Assembly: GCF_002087085.1 (NCBI RefSeq)
Contig: NZ_MWQY01000006.1
Location: 124,001 to 188,000 of the forward strand
Direction of reading: 5' to 3'
Length of the DNA: 64,000 nucleotides
Made by a program: the position numbers and the translations under genes. The notes under the pieces are model-generated. The model did no database searches. It had not been told where the DNA came from and saw only the letters and a program-made list of their open reading frames with translations. Below are positions 40,540-51,350 of the stretch, in pieces (position 1 is the stretch's first letter; every line of letters begins with the position of its first letter).

Positions 40540-42135
40540 ATGTTCAGGTCAGTAAAGATTTCCAGCCGCCTTTTATTCCAGATTGTACTGATTATTGCCC
40601 TCACCGCTGTCATTAATTTTGTGTACATCCAGGGAATCGATCGGGTCCGGGATTTCAGCATAGACAAGGGCGGAGAGATTATGCTCTCGGGACAAAAGGA
40701 CAAACTCCAGGTTGCGACCCACAGCGCCGCTGTGGGGCTGGGAACCCTGCTGAAGGACGTTCCAGCCGCCGACTGGAACAATACAATACGTAATTTTGTC
40801 GAAGATATCCGTTATGAAGATGACAAGTCGGGGTACTTCTTTGTCTACCAGGGAACAGTCAATATCGCGCTGCCTCCCAACAAGGCCCTGGTGGGTACTG
40901 ACCTGAAGGATTCTCAGGACGTTAACGGTATCTATTATGTGCGGAGACTTTCCGAGGCCGCAGCCTCAGGCGGGGACTTCGTGGAATACGTTTTTCCCAA
41001 GCCCGGGGCCGGGGATCAGCCCAAACTGGCCTACGCAGAAAGCATTCCCGGCACTGAGCTCTGGATCGGGACAGGGATCTACGTAGACAACATAGAAGCC
41101 GCCCGCGGAGAGATTGACGCCAGTATTGGGGAGATCGCTGAACGCTGGGTCCGGGGGATACTTTTGGGCCTGGGCCTCGTTATTCTGCTGCTGTTTCTGC
41201 CCTTCAGCTTTTTTCTCTACCGGAGCATCACGAGACCCCTGCGGCTTGCCGTGGAGATAACCGAACGGATAGCCGGCGGAGACCTCCGTCAGGATGTACG
41301 GGACTCCGGACGGGACGAGATCGGCACCCTTCTCTCTTCAATCGGCAGGATGCAGCTCAAGCTCCGGGAAGTCGCAGGCTCCATGAAGGAACTGGCCGAA
41401 CGCCTTGCCCAGGGCAGCGCGGAGATCAATGCTTCCGCCCAGCAGGTCTCCACCGGCAACAGCGAACAGGCCGCATCCACTGAAGAGACAAGCTCTTCCA
41501 TGGAGCAGATGGCATCCACGGTGCAGCAGACATCGGAAAATGCCGGACAGACCGAACGTATAGCCCTGAATGCCCGGGACAACGCCCAGAAAGGCGGAGA
41601 GGCAGTGCAGAAAACAATCTCCGCCATGGAGAATATCCTCTCCCGAACGGAATTAATCGAAGGGATTGCCCGTCAGACCAACATGCTGGCCCTGAATGCC
41701 GCCATTGAAGCGGCCCGGGCGGGAGAAGCCGGAAAAGGTTTTGCCGTGGTGGCAGCGGAGGTTCGAAAGCTCGCGGAGCGTTCCCAGGAGGCCGCGGCGG
41801 TTATAACCCGAATTTCCGGCGAAAGCATGGAGGTGTCCCGGGAGGCAGGCAGGGTATTCAACGAGCTTCTTCCCGGTATTGAAAAGACCGCGGATCTAGT
41901 GCAGGAAATCAGCGCCGCCTCCAGGGAACAATCTTCGGGAATAGATCAGGTAAACAATGCCCTGGCCCAGCTGGACCAGACGGTACAGCAGAACGCGGCC
42001 ATTTCTGAAGAGTTGTCCGCCATGGCACGGGAGTTTTCCGACGGAGCGGAGCACCTGAAACAGACAACGGCATTTTTTGTTCTCGACGGGGAGGGAAACC
42101 GGGAATTTGAAGCACTGCCCGGGGCGGAGGACTAA
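40540..42135 (+). CDS. Methyl-accepting chemotaxis protein (Cache sensor, HAMP)
   Basis: GYFFVY...D.NG.YYV...[44 protein letters not shown]. Confidence 0.95.
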   Translation: MFRSVKISSRLLFQIVLIIALTAVINFVYIQGIDRVRDFSIDKGGEIMLSGQKDKLQVATHSAAVGLGTLLKDVPAADWNNTIRNFVEDIRYEDDKSGYFFVYQGTVNIALPPNKALVGTDLKDSQDVNGIYYVRRLSEAAASGGDFVEYVFPKPGAGDQPKLAYAESIPGTELWIGTGIYVDNIEAARGEIDASIGEIAERWVRGILLGLGLVILLLFLPFSFFLYRSITRPLRLAVEITERIAGGDLRQDVRDSGRDEIGTLLSSIGRMQLKLREVAGSMKELAERLAQGSAEINASAQQVSTGNSEQAASTEETSSSMEQMASTVQQTSENAGQTERIALNARDNAQKGGEAVQKTISAMENILSRTELIEGIARQTNMLALNAAIEAARAGEAGKGFAVVAAEVRKLAERSQEAAAVITRISGESMEVSREAGRVFNELLPGIEKTADLVQEISAASREQSSGIDQVNNALAQLDQTVQQNAAISEELSAMAREFSDGAEHLKQTTAFFVLDGEGNREFEALPGAED

Positions 42136-42147
42136 ACCGGAATCAGC

Positions 42148-42927
42148 CTATTCAGCCGCCTCCTCGAGCAGCATTTTCCGTAGGAAAAGTTTGATACGGG
42201 GGTGATCGGGATCGCTGAAGAGCTTCTCCGGTGAAGCATCCTCGATAATGCCCCCCTGATCCATGAAAACAACCCGGTCGCAGACGTCCCGGGCAAAGCT
42301 CATCTCGTGGGTTACCACCAGCATGGTCATGTGTTCCCCGGCCAGCTGTTTCAGCACCGCCAGCACCTCGCCCACCAGCTCCGGGTCCAGCGCGCTGGTC
42401 GGTTCGTCGCAGAGCAGAATATCCGGCTTCATGGCCAGTGCCCGGGCAATGGCGACCCGCTGTTTCTGTCCCCCGGAGAGGCGATTCGGATAGGCGTCGG
42501 CCTTGTCCGCAAGCCCTACTTTGGACAGGAGTTCCCGGGCGTAGGGTTCGATTTCGGAACGCCGCAGTCTGTCAACCACCATGGGAGCTTCGATCAGGTT
42601 CTCGATAACGGACTTGTGGGGAAAGAGGTTGAAGTGCTGAAAAACCATTCCGAGCTTCTTGAGCCCGCCTCTGACCTGCTTCTCCGGCAGTTTTACCCTG
42701 TCTCCGTCCTCGACGGCGATTATCCTTTCCCCTTCGATGGCAATCTCTCCACCGTCTATCAGCTCGAGCTGATTTATACAGCGAAGCAGGGTACTCTTTC
42801 CCGACCCCGAAGGACCGATTATGGAGACTACCTCGCCTTTTCGTACCTGGAGGGAGACATCCTTTACCGCGGCGAGTTCGCCGAAATGCTTGGAGACGGA
42901 ACGTATATCCAGATAAAGATCAGTCAT
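42148..42927 (-). CDS. Polar amino acid ABC transporter ATP-binding protein
   Basis: [30 protein letters not shown]. Confidence 0.95.
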   Translation of the reverse strand: MTDLYLDIRSVSKHFGELAAVKDVSLQVRKGEVVSIIGPSGSGKSTLLRCINQLELIDGGEIAIEGERIIAVEDGDRVKLPEKQVRGGLKKLGMVFQHFNLFPHKSVIENLIEAPMVVDRLRRSEIEPYARELLSKVGLADKADAYPNRLSGGQKQRVAIARALAMKPDILLCDEPTSALDPELVGEVLAVLKQLAGEHMTMLVVTHEMSFARDVCDRVVFMDQGGIIEDASPEKLFSDPDHPRIKLFLRKMLLEEAAE

Positions 42928-43561
42928 AGTAGGCCATCCGTCGCTCCAGGTAGCGGAAAAAGCGAATCACCACCGAAGTCATAAGAAGATAAATCACCGT
43001 TGCCACGGCGAAAGGGATCAGGGTGAAGTCCCGGGTAAAGATCTCCTTGGCGGAGCGCAGGAGCTCTCCCATACCGATAACAACCACCAGGGCGGTGTCC
43101 TTTACCAGAGTGATGGCCTCGTTTGTCGTCGGGGGGAGAACCACCCGGGTAGCCTGGGGCAGAATAATCCGCCTCATGGTCTGCCAGTAGTTCATGTTCA
43201 ATGCCTTCGCCGCTTCATACTGACCGGCACCGATGCTCGAGATTCCGCCCCGGAAGATCTCCATAAAATAGGCGCCGTAATTGAGAACAAAGGTCAGGCC
43301 TGCCGCCATAAAGGGACTTAAGGAAATATTGAAAATCGTCAGCCCGTAGTAGAAAAAAAAGAGCTGCAGCAGCAGTGGTGTCCCCCGGAAGATCCAGCCG
43401 TAGAAGCCCAGAACCCTGTCCAGGCCCCGGGGCCCCGAGACCCTGCCCAGGGCACACAGAACCGCCAGGGGAATGGAAAAGATCAGGGTCACGGCGTATA
43501 TCTGGAGCGTCAGCACACAGCCCCGCAGCAGATGCGCCGTAACCTGAAGAGTATAATCCAA
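42920..43561 (-). CDS. Polar amino acid ABC transporter permease
   Basis: [32 protein letters not shown] start after GGAG. Confidence 0.93.
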   Translation of the reverse strand: MDYTLQVTAHLLRGCVLTLQIYAVTLIFSIPLAVLCALGRVSGPRGLDRVLGFYGWIFRGTPLLLQLFFFYYGLTIFNISLSPFMAAGLTFVLNYGAYFMEIFRGGISSIGAGQYEAAKALNMNYWQTMRRIILPQATRVVLPPTTNEAITLVKDTALVVVIGMGELLRSAKEIFTRDFTLIPFAVATVIYLLMTSVVIRFFRYLERRMAYYD

Positions 43562-43574
43562 AGCTCAAAGCTCC

Positions 43575-44372
43575 CTATTTCTTGACAATCGCTTCGCCGA
43601 ACCACTTGCGGGAAATTTCATCCGCACTTCCGTCAGCCTTCATCTCGTCAAGAACCTTGTCCAGCTCAGCCTTGAGCTGTGTATCGCTCTTTCGGATTCC
43701 GACACCGTAGGTTTCTGCACCGAAGTCTTCAGCCATGACCTCATAGATGCCGGGTTTCTTGGCGATATAATACCGACCGACTATCTCATCGACCACAACG
43801 GCGTCAGTACGCCCGGCGGCAAGGTCCAGCAGAGCTTCCACGTTGTTGGAATACTTCTTGACCTCTTCGAGACTTGCAGCCACATCGGCGTCACTGTTCA
43901 GCGCGACCTCTGCGGATGATCCCATCTGGAGACCCACAACCTTCCCGGCCAGATCGGCCTTGGAAGAGATACCGGAGCCGGCCTGCAGGATTACAATCTG
44001 CCGGTTGTCCAGGTAGGGTTTGGAAAAATTGATCTTTTCCTGCCGGCTTTCGGTAATGGTCATCCCGTTCCAAACCAGGTCGATATCGCCCTTGTTGAGG
44101 CTCAGGATAACACCGTCCCAGTCCACAGGCTTGAATTCCACATCGACTCCCAGCCGTGAGGCAGCCTCTTTTGCCAGATCGATGTCGAACCCGACAATCT
44201 CGTTGGACTCATCCCGAAAACCCATGGGAGGAAAACTGTCGTCCAGTCCCACAATAAGAACACCCCGTTCCCGGATGGCGTCCAGATCAGTAGACTTTTC
44301 CCCGGATCCGCCGGCGAACACGACAGTGCCGCAGATGAGCAGCAGTAATGCCGACCACAGTACTCGCTTCAT
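43575..44372 (-). CDS. Amino acid ABC transporter substrate-binding protein
   Basis: GLDDSFPPMGF, GFDIDLA, WNGMTIT, ISRKWFG. Confidence 0.93.
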   Translation of the reverse strand: MKRVLWSALLLLICGTVVFAGGSGEKSTDLDAIRERGVLIVGLDDSFPPMGFRDESNEIVGFDIDLAKEAASRLGVDVEFKPVDWDGVILSLNKGDIDLVWNGMTITESRQEKINFSKPYLDNRQIVILQAGSGISSKADLAGKVVGLQMGSSAEVALNSDADVAASLEEVKKYSNNVEALLDLAAGRTDAVVVDEIVGRYYIAKKPGIYEVMAEDFGAETYGVGIRKSDTQLKAELDKVLDEMKADGSADEISRKWFGEAIVKK

Positions 44373-44399
44373 TGAAAACTCCTGTTAGTAATGATTTGC

Positions 44400-44435
44400 G
44401 GGAAATCCTAAAACTACTCCTTTTAGAAGGTCCCT
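44400..44435. repeat. Collapsed remnant of the MITE-like repeat (two termini only)
   Basis: GGGAAATCCTAAAACTACTC followed by TTTTAGAAGGTCCCT; shares CTAAAA(A)CTACTC with 58076-58088. Confidence 0.45.
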
Positions 44436-44451
44436 TATATGACAATATCGG

Positions 44452-47400
44452 TTATACACCCTTAGTGCTGCCGGAGGCAAGGGTGGCGTTTCCGCCCAGA
44501 GGGATGATCTCCTTCATGGAATAAACCAGATCCCGGTAATTTTCCGCCGGTTTACGCCAGGAAAAGATATCCTTTTCCATCCTCTGCCGGGCGGATTCCA
44601 GCGTCTCGGGACTTTCTTCACTGTATATCTGGTGGAAACGCTGCATGGCGTCGTAAAATGCCACGGCAGAATAATCAGAGAAAAGAACACCATTACCCCG
44701 AAGAGTACGTTTCTCCTTTACCATACCGTGGACCGTATCACGAAGCCCTCCGGTTGCCCTGGCACAGACAAAACATCCGCAGGCAAAAGCTTCCAGCTGG
44801 CTGATTCCGCCGGGTTCATGCATGGAGGGCATCAGAAAAAGATCCGCCCCCAGCAGGGGAATACGAACATCCTGAAAGCCGATCCCCACGGATACCTGAC
44901 CCGGGAACCAGTCCTTGAGACTCATCAGTCCCCTGGCGATCTCATCTCCCCGTTCGTCTCCGCCGGCTACAGCCCCTCCGATGATTCCCTGGTACCCCAG
45001 AGTGGTGAAAACACCCTCCGAAGCTTCCAGGAGCAGCTGAAATCCCTTCTGCTCCGTAAGACGGTGAATCATTACAAAGAGGGGCGTGTCCGGATCGACC
45101 TGCAGTCCCCGGGTAAGCTGAAGAAGCAGCTTGATTCGCAGACGTTCAAGCAGGCGCCGGCGCCGGCCCTGTTTCAATGCCTCGATTTCCCCGGGGACCA
45201 GTATCTCGGCGTACTTTTCTTCCAGCTGATTCTTTAGCAGAGGGTCCTTTTCTATGCAGGAATACAGGGCGCCGATATTCTTTTCCAGGAATTTCTCTTC
45301 CTCCAGACGCTGCAGAGCCCTCTTTCTGAAATCGCCTCCCACACCGTTATTAATGCCGGAAACATCATGCAGAATCTTTTCCATCCCGTCCGAGGCTATC
45401 TGAATCTGCTTTGCATAACTCGGGGATACGGTAACGACCTTGTTGGCGCTTCGAATCCCGGCGGCCATGCAGTTTATCTTTACCGCTTCCTGGGGATCTT
45501 CGAATCTCCAGTATTCGTGCCCGGCAAGATTGAAGAGCCGGAACAGATCGTTTCCGGCTTCCCAGCGACGGTAGGCATCGAAATACTGCCATCCCCCGTT
45601 GTGGATAATATGGACCAGACTTGCCCGGTCAAAGACCGGTTGACCCGCATAGCGGGGATCGCTGCGGACAATGGCTGAAAAAATACCTGAGTAGGCATCG
45701 TTGGTAAAGATAACCAGCGGATCAAGAGAAAATTCCCGCACCAGCTCCGCAGCGGCCCGGGACAGGGCTACCCTGCGCCGCAGCCGCTCGGCTCCGGTAA
45801 CCCCGTAGTAGAGCCCGTCGAAAAACTCATGATGTTCGAGCAGGTAGTAGCGGATGCCATCCACCATGGCTGTATGGACCCCGGCCTCATACTCCTGATC
45901 CAGTATCCAGAAGCGTACATTCCTGCCGGTATAGCTTACATTGTAGCGTCTGCAGGCCTGCTCCATCTTCTGAACCGACTTTGCGTCCCCCTGTCGATAG
46001 AGAGGGGTAATAACCACCGCGGATTCCCCCATGTTTGCCAGTTCCCGGGGAAGTTCATAGACTACATTCGCCAGTCCTCCGGATTTTGAGAAGGGATCGG
46101 CTTCGGCGGACAGGAATACCAGACTGCCCCCCCGATAGGAGTACTGCAGATATTCTCCGGTCTCCCTGACGGTGGGATCCGCGTCTTTCCGCATATCCGC
46201 CAGATAGGCCCAGACAGGATTTTCACTGTGGTCGGCTTCATCACGCCAGAGATAATAGAGAAAACGCTTAAGCCCGAGACGCAGGGCCTCGGGATTGTCC
46301 TGCATCAGGGGTGCCAGGGTTTTCGAGATATAGGTCGTAAACTCCCTGTAGCTTCCGGCGTGAGCCTTCATCTCGTTATAAAAGAGAGCAGCGGAAACAG
46401 CCGTCCGACTGCCGGCAGAGCAGAGCCGGTAAATCGACTGCCTGAGCAGCTCGGGATAGACCTTTTTACGCTCCTCCGCGGTGCTTATCCGGCGGAGCAC
46501 CAGAACCTTGTAGCGGTCCGTATGTGGAATGAGCATCTCCACCCGGGAATGACGCAGCTCTGCCCCGGTGTACCAGCCGGACATGCCGGTTACTGCAGAG
46601 TAGATCGGGTCAGAAACATGGTAGTAGGCCTCGTCTTCCAGGGGAAGCCGGGGATCATCAAAACGGATGGATGCATTCTCGTCGCGGTCGGCAAAATTGA
46701 AAGCACCGATAAATCCTACTTCGGAATTGAACCGCAGGGCAGCCGCCACCATGGGGTTTCCGGCCCAGACAAGATATGCCGGCCCTCTGTTGTTCCGGTG
46801 TTCGTTGTACAGCTCGGTGTAGAAATCCACCGTTCCGCGATAGGCCTCGCGTTCAAAATCGTTCCAGTTGACATAGATATTATCCAGGAAGACCTTCCAG
46901 GACTCACCTTCGGCACTTCCTTCAAAATCAAGGATTATGCTGCTCAGGAAGCTGGTCAGCATCACTGCAGCCCTGTACCCCCGCCGGCCGAAGGTATTCA
47001 GAGCCCTGCGTTCATCGTGGTTTCCGAGAATCCCGAGCATCTGGGCCCCGGGAGGCAGGATGGATGGAAAATAGTTCTGGTAAATATGGTATATCTCGCG
47101 AACATCCGTCTTTCCATGGATTATATTCTCGCAGATTTTGAAAAGGGATGAATTGTAGGGTACCGTCCCGGTCCTGGAAAGATACTGTTCCCTTCCCCAG
47201 TAACACTCCGCCAGATTAACGAAATACCTCTTTCCAAGATGCCGAAGCAGCCGATGAACCCTCAGGGAAAGGTAATAGTGAAAGGGGACGGCGATCAGTT
47301 CCGCGCAGGAGGAATCATAATAGCTCGTCGTTACCAGGTGATCATATTCCCTGGTATTGTCGATAATATCCCCTTCCACCAGGGACTCACGACTGCGGTA

Positions 47401-49350
47401 TTCTCCGTGAATAAAGGGGTAGTTGTTGCGCTTCATCATGACCGGCACGGCATGGGACGAATCGAAGCGGATGCCGTCTATGTCGTATTTCTCGATAAGG
47501 GTACAGACAGAGTCTGCAAGCCACTGCCAGACGGCGAACTTGCGGTAATTCAGGAGCTTCCCGTCATTCCAACTTCCGTAGCGCCCGTCAGTGGACGCCC
47601 GGACCACCAGATTGCCGCCCTCGTCGTAGGTTCGCACGGCATATTCATCCGGCAGTTCCCGGGAGTGGCGGTTCAGGTGGGGGATGACATCTACAATTAC
47701 CTTTATACCGAGACGGTGGGCTTCAGCCACCAGCGCCGTAAAGGCTTCTTCTCCCCCAAGCTTCGGTTCCAGCTCCGTCATGCTCATGGGCGCAAAGGGC
47801 GAGGGAGACTGCGCCTCCGGCGCCCAGTCTTCACGGTTGCTGCCCCTCTTCTGTGCTCCGAGAATGTAAACCGCGCTTATGTTGTATCGGGTCTTGATGT
47901 CCTCAAGATGGGCAGCCACATCGGTAAAGGTTCCGGTGCGGATTATCTGTCCCCGTTCGTTATATACCATCCCCGGATTTTCGCTGCGCCAGTAGAGCCG
48001 GGTATGACCATGGATATCGGGGAAAATTTCCAGGACCAGTTCCCCGTCAAGATCGGGAAGAACATTTATACGGCCGCTGAGGCCGTCGAGCCAGCGCCCG
48101 CCGTTTTTCAGTTTCCTGAAAACTACCCAGTCATAATTTCCCAGGGTGCGGAACAGGCGGCTCGCCTCGTAGCGTCCTGTCGCAGGATTCTGCCTGAGGG
48201 GCAGATCGGTGTAATCCAGATCACCGTCCAGCACCAGTTCTCCGGAACTCCGGTCTCCGTAGACCCGTACGAAGTAACCGCTCCTGGACTTCGGCAGGCT
48301 GAAACTGAAACGGTGCCTGCTGCCGCTCAGGATAGTTTCGAAGCGGGTTGCCAGGGGTGCGTCATACTCCTTCGGGGCGAAAACACGTTCCAGGGCAATG
48401 TTGGCCCGGTTGCGCACCTCGTGTATATCATGTCCCGAGGCGGCGGTCAGAAGACGGACAACCTCACGAAGGGAGTCTTCCTTGTTGCGGGATTTATACT
48501 CCCTGGCAAGTTTCTCCAGGGTATCGATCCCCCTGCGGCAGTCATCATAATTGAAGAGCCCGGAATCCCCCGGCAGCCTGCTGTCCAGGAGTACCAGGAT
48601 CTGTTCACGCTGCTGAGAGCTGAAGGGCTGTGTTTTACCAGGCAGGGGCTCCGGTCTGGACTGGAAAACCTCCGAGAGGGATATGATCTTGTCCAGCAGC
48701 TGATCCAGAGACCCCTTTTGAGCCTCCGTCAGTCCTTCGGTATGGGTATAGCCTGTCTCGATTGCCCGCTCTTCGATCTTCAGAATCTCGAGGAAAGAGT
48801 GATAATAGGTGTCGTCACCCTCGGCAAGACCAGTAATAACCACATCGAGCAAATTCAGACCGAGATATATGCTCGGCTGTTCCTGCTCCGGTGGTCCGGC
48901 ATTCACGTAACTGAGAAGGGAGGTTTCCGGGGATAGATGGAATATTGTCGGACTTCCGGGGCGTTCCTTGATCAATACGAAACGTCTTCCGGGAAGCAGA
49001 GGATTATTCAGCTGCTGAACGGCACGGTGTACAATAACCAGGGCGTGTAAAAGGCGGGTGGAGATTCTTCCCTGACTGTAAAACCTGCGTTTGACCGACG
49101 GTTCTTTTACCGAAGCTTCATCGATTATTCGGTTTCGAAGGGGAATAAAGGTATCCCAGGTATCTTCCGCCCCGGCAGACTCCAGGGCTCCGGCGGCCAG
49201 ACTTAAATCAGGAATGAAGGCGAACGAACGGAACTGGCTTGCCGCCTCCTGCAACTCATACTCGATATCGGATGCACTGACAAGGCCAAGCTCATCCTCC
49301 CGGAAACGAAGAAGAGCTGACGGCAACAACTCGGAAGGACTCCATCTCAT
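44452..49350 (-). CDS. Alpha-amylase (GH13) - glycogen synthase (GT5) fusion protein
   Basis: GH13 motifs VDVIPH, DGIRFDSSH, LAECYW, GNHDE; GT5 motifs KSGGL, HN..WQ, RLTEQKG, PSMHEPGGISQLEA, TGGLRDTV. Confidence 0.88.
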   Translation of the reverse strand: MRWSPSELLPSALLRFREDELGLVSASDIEYELQEAASQFRSFAFIPDLSLAAGALESAGAEDTWDTFIPLRNRIIDEASVKEPSVKRRFYSQGRISTRLLHALVIVHRAVQQLNNPLLPGRRFVLIKERPGSPTIFHLSPETSLLSYVNAGPPEQEQPSIYLGLNLLDVVITGLAEGDDTYYHSFLEILKIEERAIETGYTHTEGLTEAQKGSLDQLLDKIISLSEVFQSRPEPLPGKTQPFSSQQREQILVLLDSRLPGDSGLFNYDDCRRGIDTLEKLAREYKSRNKEDSLREVVRLLTAASGHDIHEVRNRANIALERVFAPKEYDAPLATRFETILSGSRHRFSFSLPKSRSGYFVRVYGDRSSGELVLDGDLDYTDLPLRQNPATGRYEASRLFRTLGNYDWVVFRKLKNGGRWLDGLSGRINVLPDLDGELVLEIFPDIHGHTRLYWRSENPGMVYNERGQIIRTGTFTDVAAHLEDIKTRYNISAVYILGAQKRGSNREDWAPEAQSPSPFAPMSMTELEPKLGGEEAFTALVAEAHRLGIKVIVDVIPHLNRHSRELPDEYAVRTYDEGGNLVVRASTDGRYGSWNDGKLLNYRKFAVWQWLADSVCTLIEKYDIDGIRFDSSHAVPVMMKRNNYPFIHGEYRSRESLVEGDIIDNTREYDHLVTTSYYDSSCAELIAVPFHYYLSLRVHRLLRHLGKRYFVNLAECYWGREQYLSRTGTVPYNSSLFKICENIIHGKTDVREIYHIYQNYFPSILPPGAQMLGILGNHDERRALNTFGRRGYRAAVMLTSFLSSIILDFEGSAEGESWKVFLDNIYVNWNDFEREAYRGTVDFYTELYNEHRNNRGPAYLVWAGNPMVAAALRFNSEVGFIGAFNFADRDENASIRFDDPRLPLEDEAYYHVSDPIYSAVTGMSGWYTGAELRHSRVEMLIPHTDRYKVLVLRRISTAEERKKVYPELLRQSIYRLCSAGSRTAVSAALFYNEMKAHAGSYREFTTYISKTLAPLMQDNPEALRLGLKRFLYYLWRDEADHSENPVWAYLADMRKDADPTVRETGEYLQYSYRGGSLVFLSAEADPFSKSGGLANVVYELPRELANMGESAVVITPLYRQGDAKSVQKMEQACRRYNVSYTGRNVRFWILDQEYEAGVHTAMVDGIRYYLLEHHEFFDGLYYGVTGAERLRRRVALSRAAAELVREFSLDPLVIFTNDAYSGIFSAIVRSDPRYAGQPVFDRASLVHIIHNGGWQYFDAYRRWEAGNDLFRLFNLAGHEYWRFEDPQEAVKINCMAAGIRSANKVVTVSPSYAKQIQIASDGMEKILHDVSGINNGVGGDFRKRALQRLEEEKFLEKNIGALYSCIEKDPLLKNQLEEKYAEILVPGEIEALKQGRRRRLLERLRIKLLLQLTRGLQVDPDTPLFVMIHRLTEQKGFQLLLEASEGVFTTLGYQGIIGGAVAGGDERGDEIARGLMSLKDWFPGQVSVGIGFQDVRIPLLGADLFLMPSMHEPGGISQLEAFACGCFVCARATGGLRDTVHGMVKEKRTLRGNGVLFSDYSAVAFYDAMQRFHQIYSEESPETLESARQRMEKDIFSWRKPAENYRDLVYSMKEIIPLGGNATLASGSTKGV

Positions 49351-49477
49351 ATCTATATAGTATCAGCTGTTTCGCCTGACCGCAAATGGATACTAAAAAT
49401 ATATATGGGAACCTCTAAAAAGGAATCAGGATACCCGACAAACGGAGCAGGACTCAGGCTATCGGATATCCCGAAGC

Positions 49478-49675
49478 TTATTCCTCTTCGTCTTCAGTTT
49501 CAGACTCCAGACTCTCTTCCTCGGGGACAAAGAAGAGGTCCTTCAGGGTTTCTTCATCGGCAATCTGTCCACCGTCGCTGTCGCCTTCCTGTTTTTTCAA
49601 CTTTTTCTCTTCTTTCTTTTTCTTTTTCTCCAGCTCGCGTCTGCGTTTTTCATATGAAAAATGATTTCGTCCCAC
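49478..49675 (-). CDS. Small charged hypothetical protein
   Basis: GTG start after AAGGAG; FSYEKRRRELEKKKKKEEK then an acidic tail. Confidence 0.7.
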   Translation of the reverse strand: MGRNHFSYEKRRRELEKKKKKEEKKLKKQEGDSDGGQIADEETLKDLFFVPEEESLESETEDEEE

Positions 49676-49685
49676 TGACTCTCCT

Positions 49686-49717
49686 TAAAAGAAAAAGCCA
49701 GGCCATGGGGCCTGGCT
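49686..49717 (-). terminator. Rho-independent terminator after the RRM gene
   Basis: 9-bp stem AGCCAGGCC/GGCCTGGCT followed by TTTTCTTTT on the minus strand. Confidence 0.75.
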
Positions 49718-49753
49718 CGTGTATTTCAGTTATTCAATTATTGCGTACTGAAA

Positions 49754-50029
49754 CTAGTACTGAAATCTGCGTTCCCGGGGCTTCCGGTCGTTGGCTTCGC
49801 TGACCCGCAGTTCGCGGCCGTCAAGCTGCTGACCGTTCAGCGCGGAAATCGCCGCTTCAGCGGAATCATCCTCTTCCATTTCGACGAAACCGAATCCCTT
49901 GGACCGGTCAGTGTAGCGGTCAGTGATGATCTTTGCGCTTATTACATTTCCGTACTGCGCGAAGGCCTGATTCAGCTGATCCTCGGTGGTGGAGTAATTA
50001 AGATTACCCACATAAATCTTCTTTGCCAA
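49754..50029 (-). CDS. RRM (RNP-1/RNP-2) RNA-binding protein
   Basis: TTG start after GAGGAG; RNP2 IYVGNL, RNP1 KGFGFVEM, LNG..LDGRELRV. Confidence 0.93.
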   Translation of the reverse strand: MAKKIYVGNLNYSTTEDQLNQAFAQYGNVISAKIITDRYTDRSKGFGFVEMEEDDSAEAAISALNGQQLDGRELRVSEANDRKPRERRFQY

Positions 50030-50253
50030 TGTTCTGCTCCTCTCATCCGCTATTCCTCGGTGCGGATGACAACAAATATCTGTAACTTTTTGTTCCTTGT
50101 GGAATTCAGACCAGTATCGTAAAGGGAAAATGCAATCGAAAGATCGTCTAAGCAAGAACGAAGGCCGAAAAGCAGTCTAAAACCTTTTAGAAAACCAGCA
50201 CAGTACAAAGAACAACGGCCGGCATAAGCACCGAACGTTTTGGTTACCCGATC

Positions 50254-50282
50254 ATACTAGCAGAGATAGTCACTGCAGTCAA
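50254..50282 (-). promoter_or_regulatory. Sigma70-type promoter of the RRM gene
   Basis: TTGACT-N17-TAGTAT with TGn extension. Confidence 0.55.
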
Positions 50283-50358
50283 GAGCAAAAAAAACTCTTC
50301 TCATCCCGATATACCTGGGATAGACTGACCATACCGCGCAGATCTCAAGGAGGGGACA

Positions 50359-51330
50359 ATGGCTTTTTACGATCTTTCCAGGGAGGAACTCCACCACTTC
50401 ATGCCGGAGATTCCCGAACCCCCGGACTTTGATCAGTTCTGGTACGAAACCCTGAAGGACACCCGTTCCTGTCCCCTGAATCCCCGTTTTACCCCGGCGG
50501 ATTTCCACCTTACGGAGATCGAAAGTTATGACGTGACCTTCGCCGGTTTTATGGGACAGGAGATAAAAGGCTGGCTTCTGCTCCCGGCCAGCCGCAAAAA
50601 GGATCTGGCCTGCGTGGTCCAGTTCATTGGCTACGGCGGTGGCAGGGGATTCCCCACCGACTGGCTCAGCTGGGCCGCTGCCGGGTATGCGAATCTCATA
50701 ATGGATACCCGGGGACAGGGGTCAAAATGGAGACGCGGGGACACTCCGGACCCGGAAATGCAGGGAAGCAATCCTCATTATCCCGGCTTTATGACCCGGG
50801 GAATCCTCTCCCGGGAAACATATTACTACCGGCGCCTGATAAGCGATGCTGTCCGGGCAATTGAAACAGCACGGACTCACGACGGCATCGACGAAGACAG
50901 AATCATAGTGACAGGAATCAGTCAGGGTGGAGGGCTGGCGATAGCCGCTGCAGCTCTGGACGGAAGGGTTGCTGCAGCCATGCCGGATGTGCCCTTTCTC
51001 TGCCATTTCAGGAGAGCCACAACCATTACCGATATGTCCCCCTACAAGGAGATCGCCGAGTTCTGTCATACCCACAGGGACAGGGAAGATCTGGTTTTCG
51101 AGGTGCTGGACTATTTCGACAACCTGCATTTTGCAAAGCGCGCGGGAATGCCGGCCCTCTTTTCCACATCCCTTATGGACCAGATCTGCCCCCCCTCCAC
51201 GGTCTTTGCCGCATACAACCACTGGAAAGGTAAAAAGCAGATCAGCACCTATACCTTCAACGGTCATGAGGGGGGCGAAGGATACCAGTTTCTCGAACAG
51301 CTCGACTTTCTGAAGGGTCTCGGATTATAG
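50359..51330 (+). CDS. Acetylxylan esterase / cephalosporin-C deacetylase (CE7)
   Basis: PPDFDQFW, RGQ, GISQGG, DQICPPSTVFAAYN, HE motifs. Confidence 0.92.
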   Translation: MAFYDLSREELHHFMPEIPEPPDFDQFWYETLKDTRSCPLNPRFTPADFHLTEIESYDVTFAGFMGQEIKGWLLLPASRKKDLACVVQFIGYGGGRGFPTDWLSWAAAGYANLIMDTRGQGSKWRRGDTPDPEMQGSNPHYPGFMTRGILSRETYYYRRLISDAVRAIETARTHDGIDEDRIIVTGISQGGGLAIAAAALDGRVAAAMPDVPFLCHFRRATTITDMSPYKEIAEFCHTHRDREDLVFEVLDYFDNLHFAKRAGMPALFSTSLMDQICPPSTVFAAYNHWKGKKQISTYTFNGHEGGEGYQFLEQLDFLKGLGL

Positions 51331-51350
51331 GCATTCCGGTACCGCAGGTT

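Noticed and set aside
47239..48936. 565-aa plus-strand ORF
   Set aside because: Antisense shadow of the GH13-GT5 gene; no recognisable motifs
49585..49650. Pyrimidine-rich low-complexity tract
   Set aside because: Encodes the Lys/Glu run of the small minus-strand protein; not a repeat array
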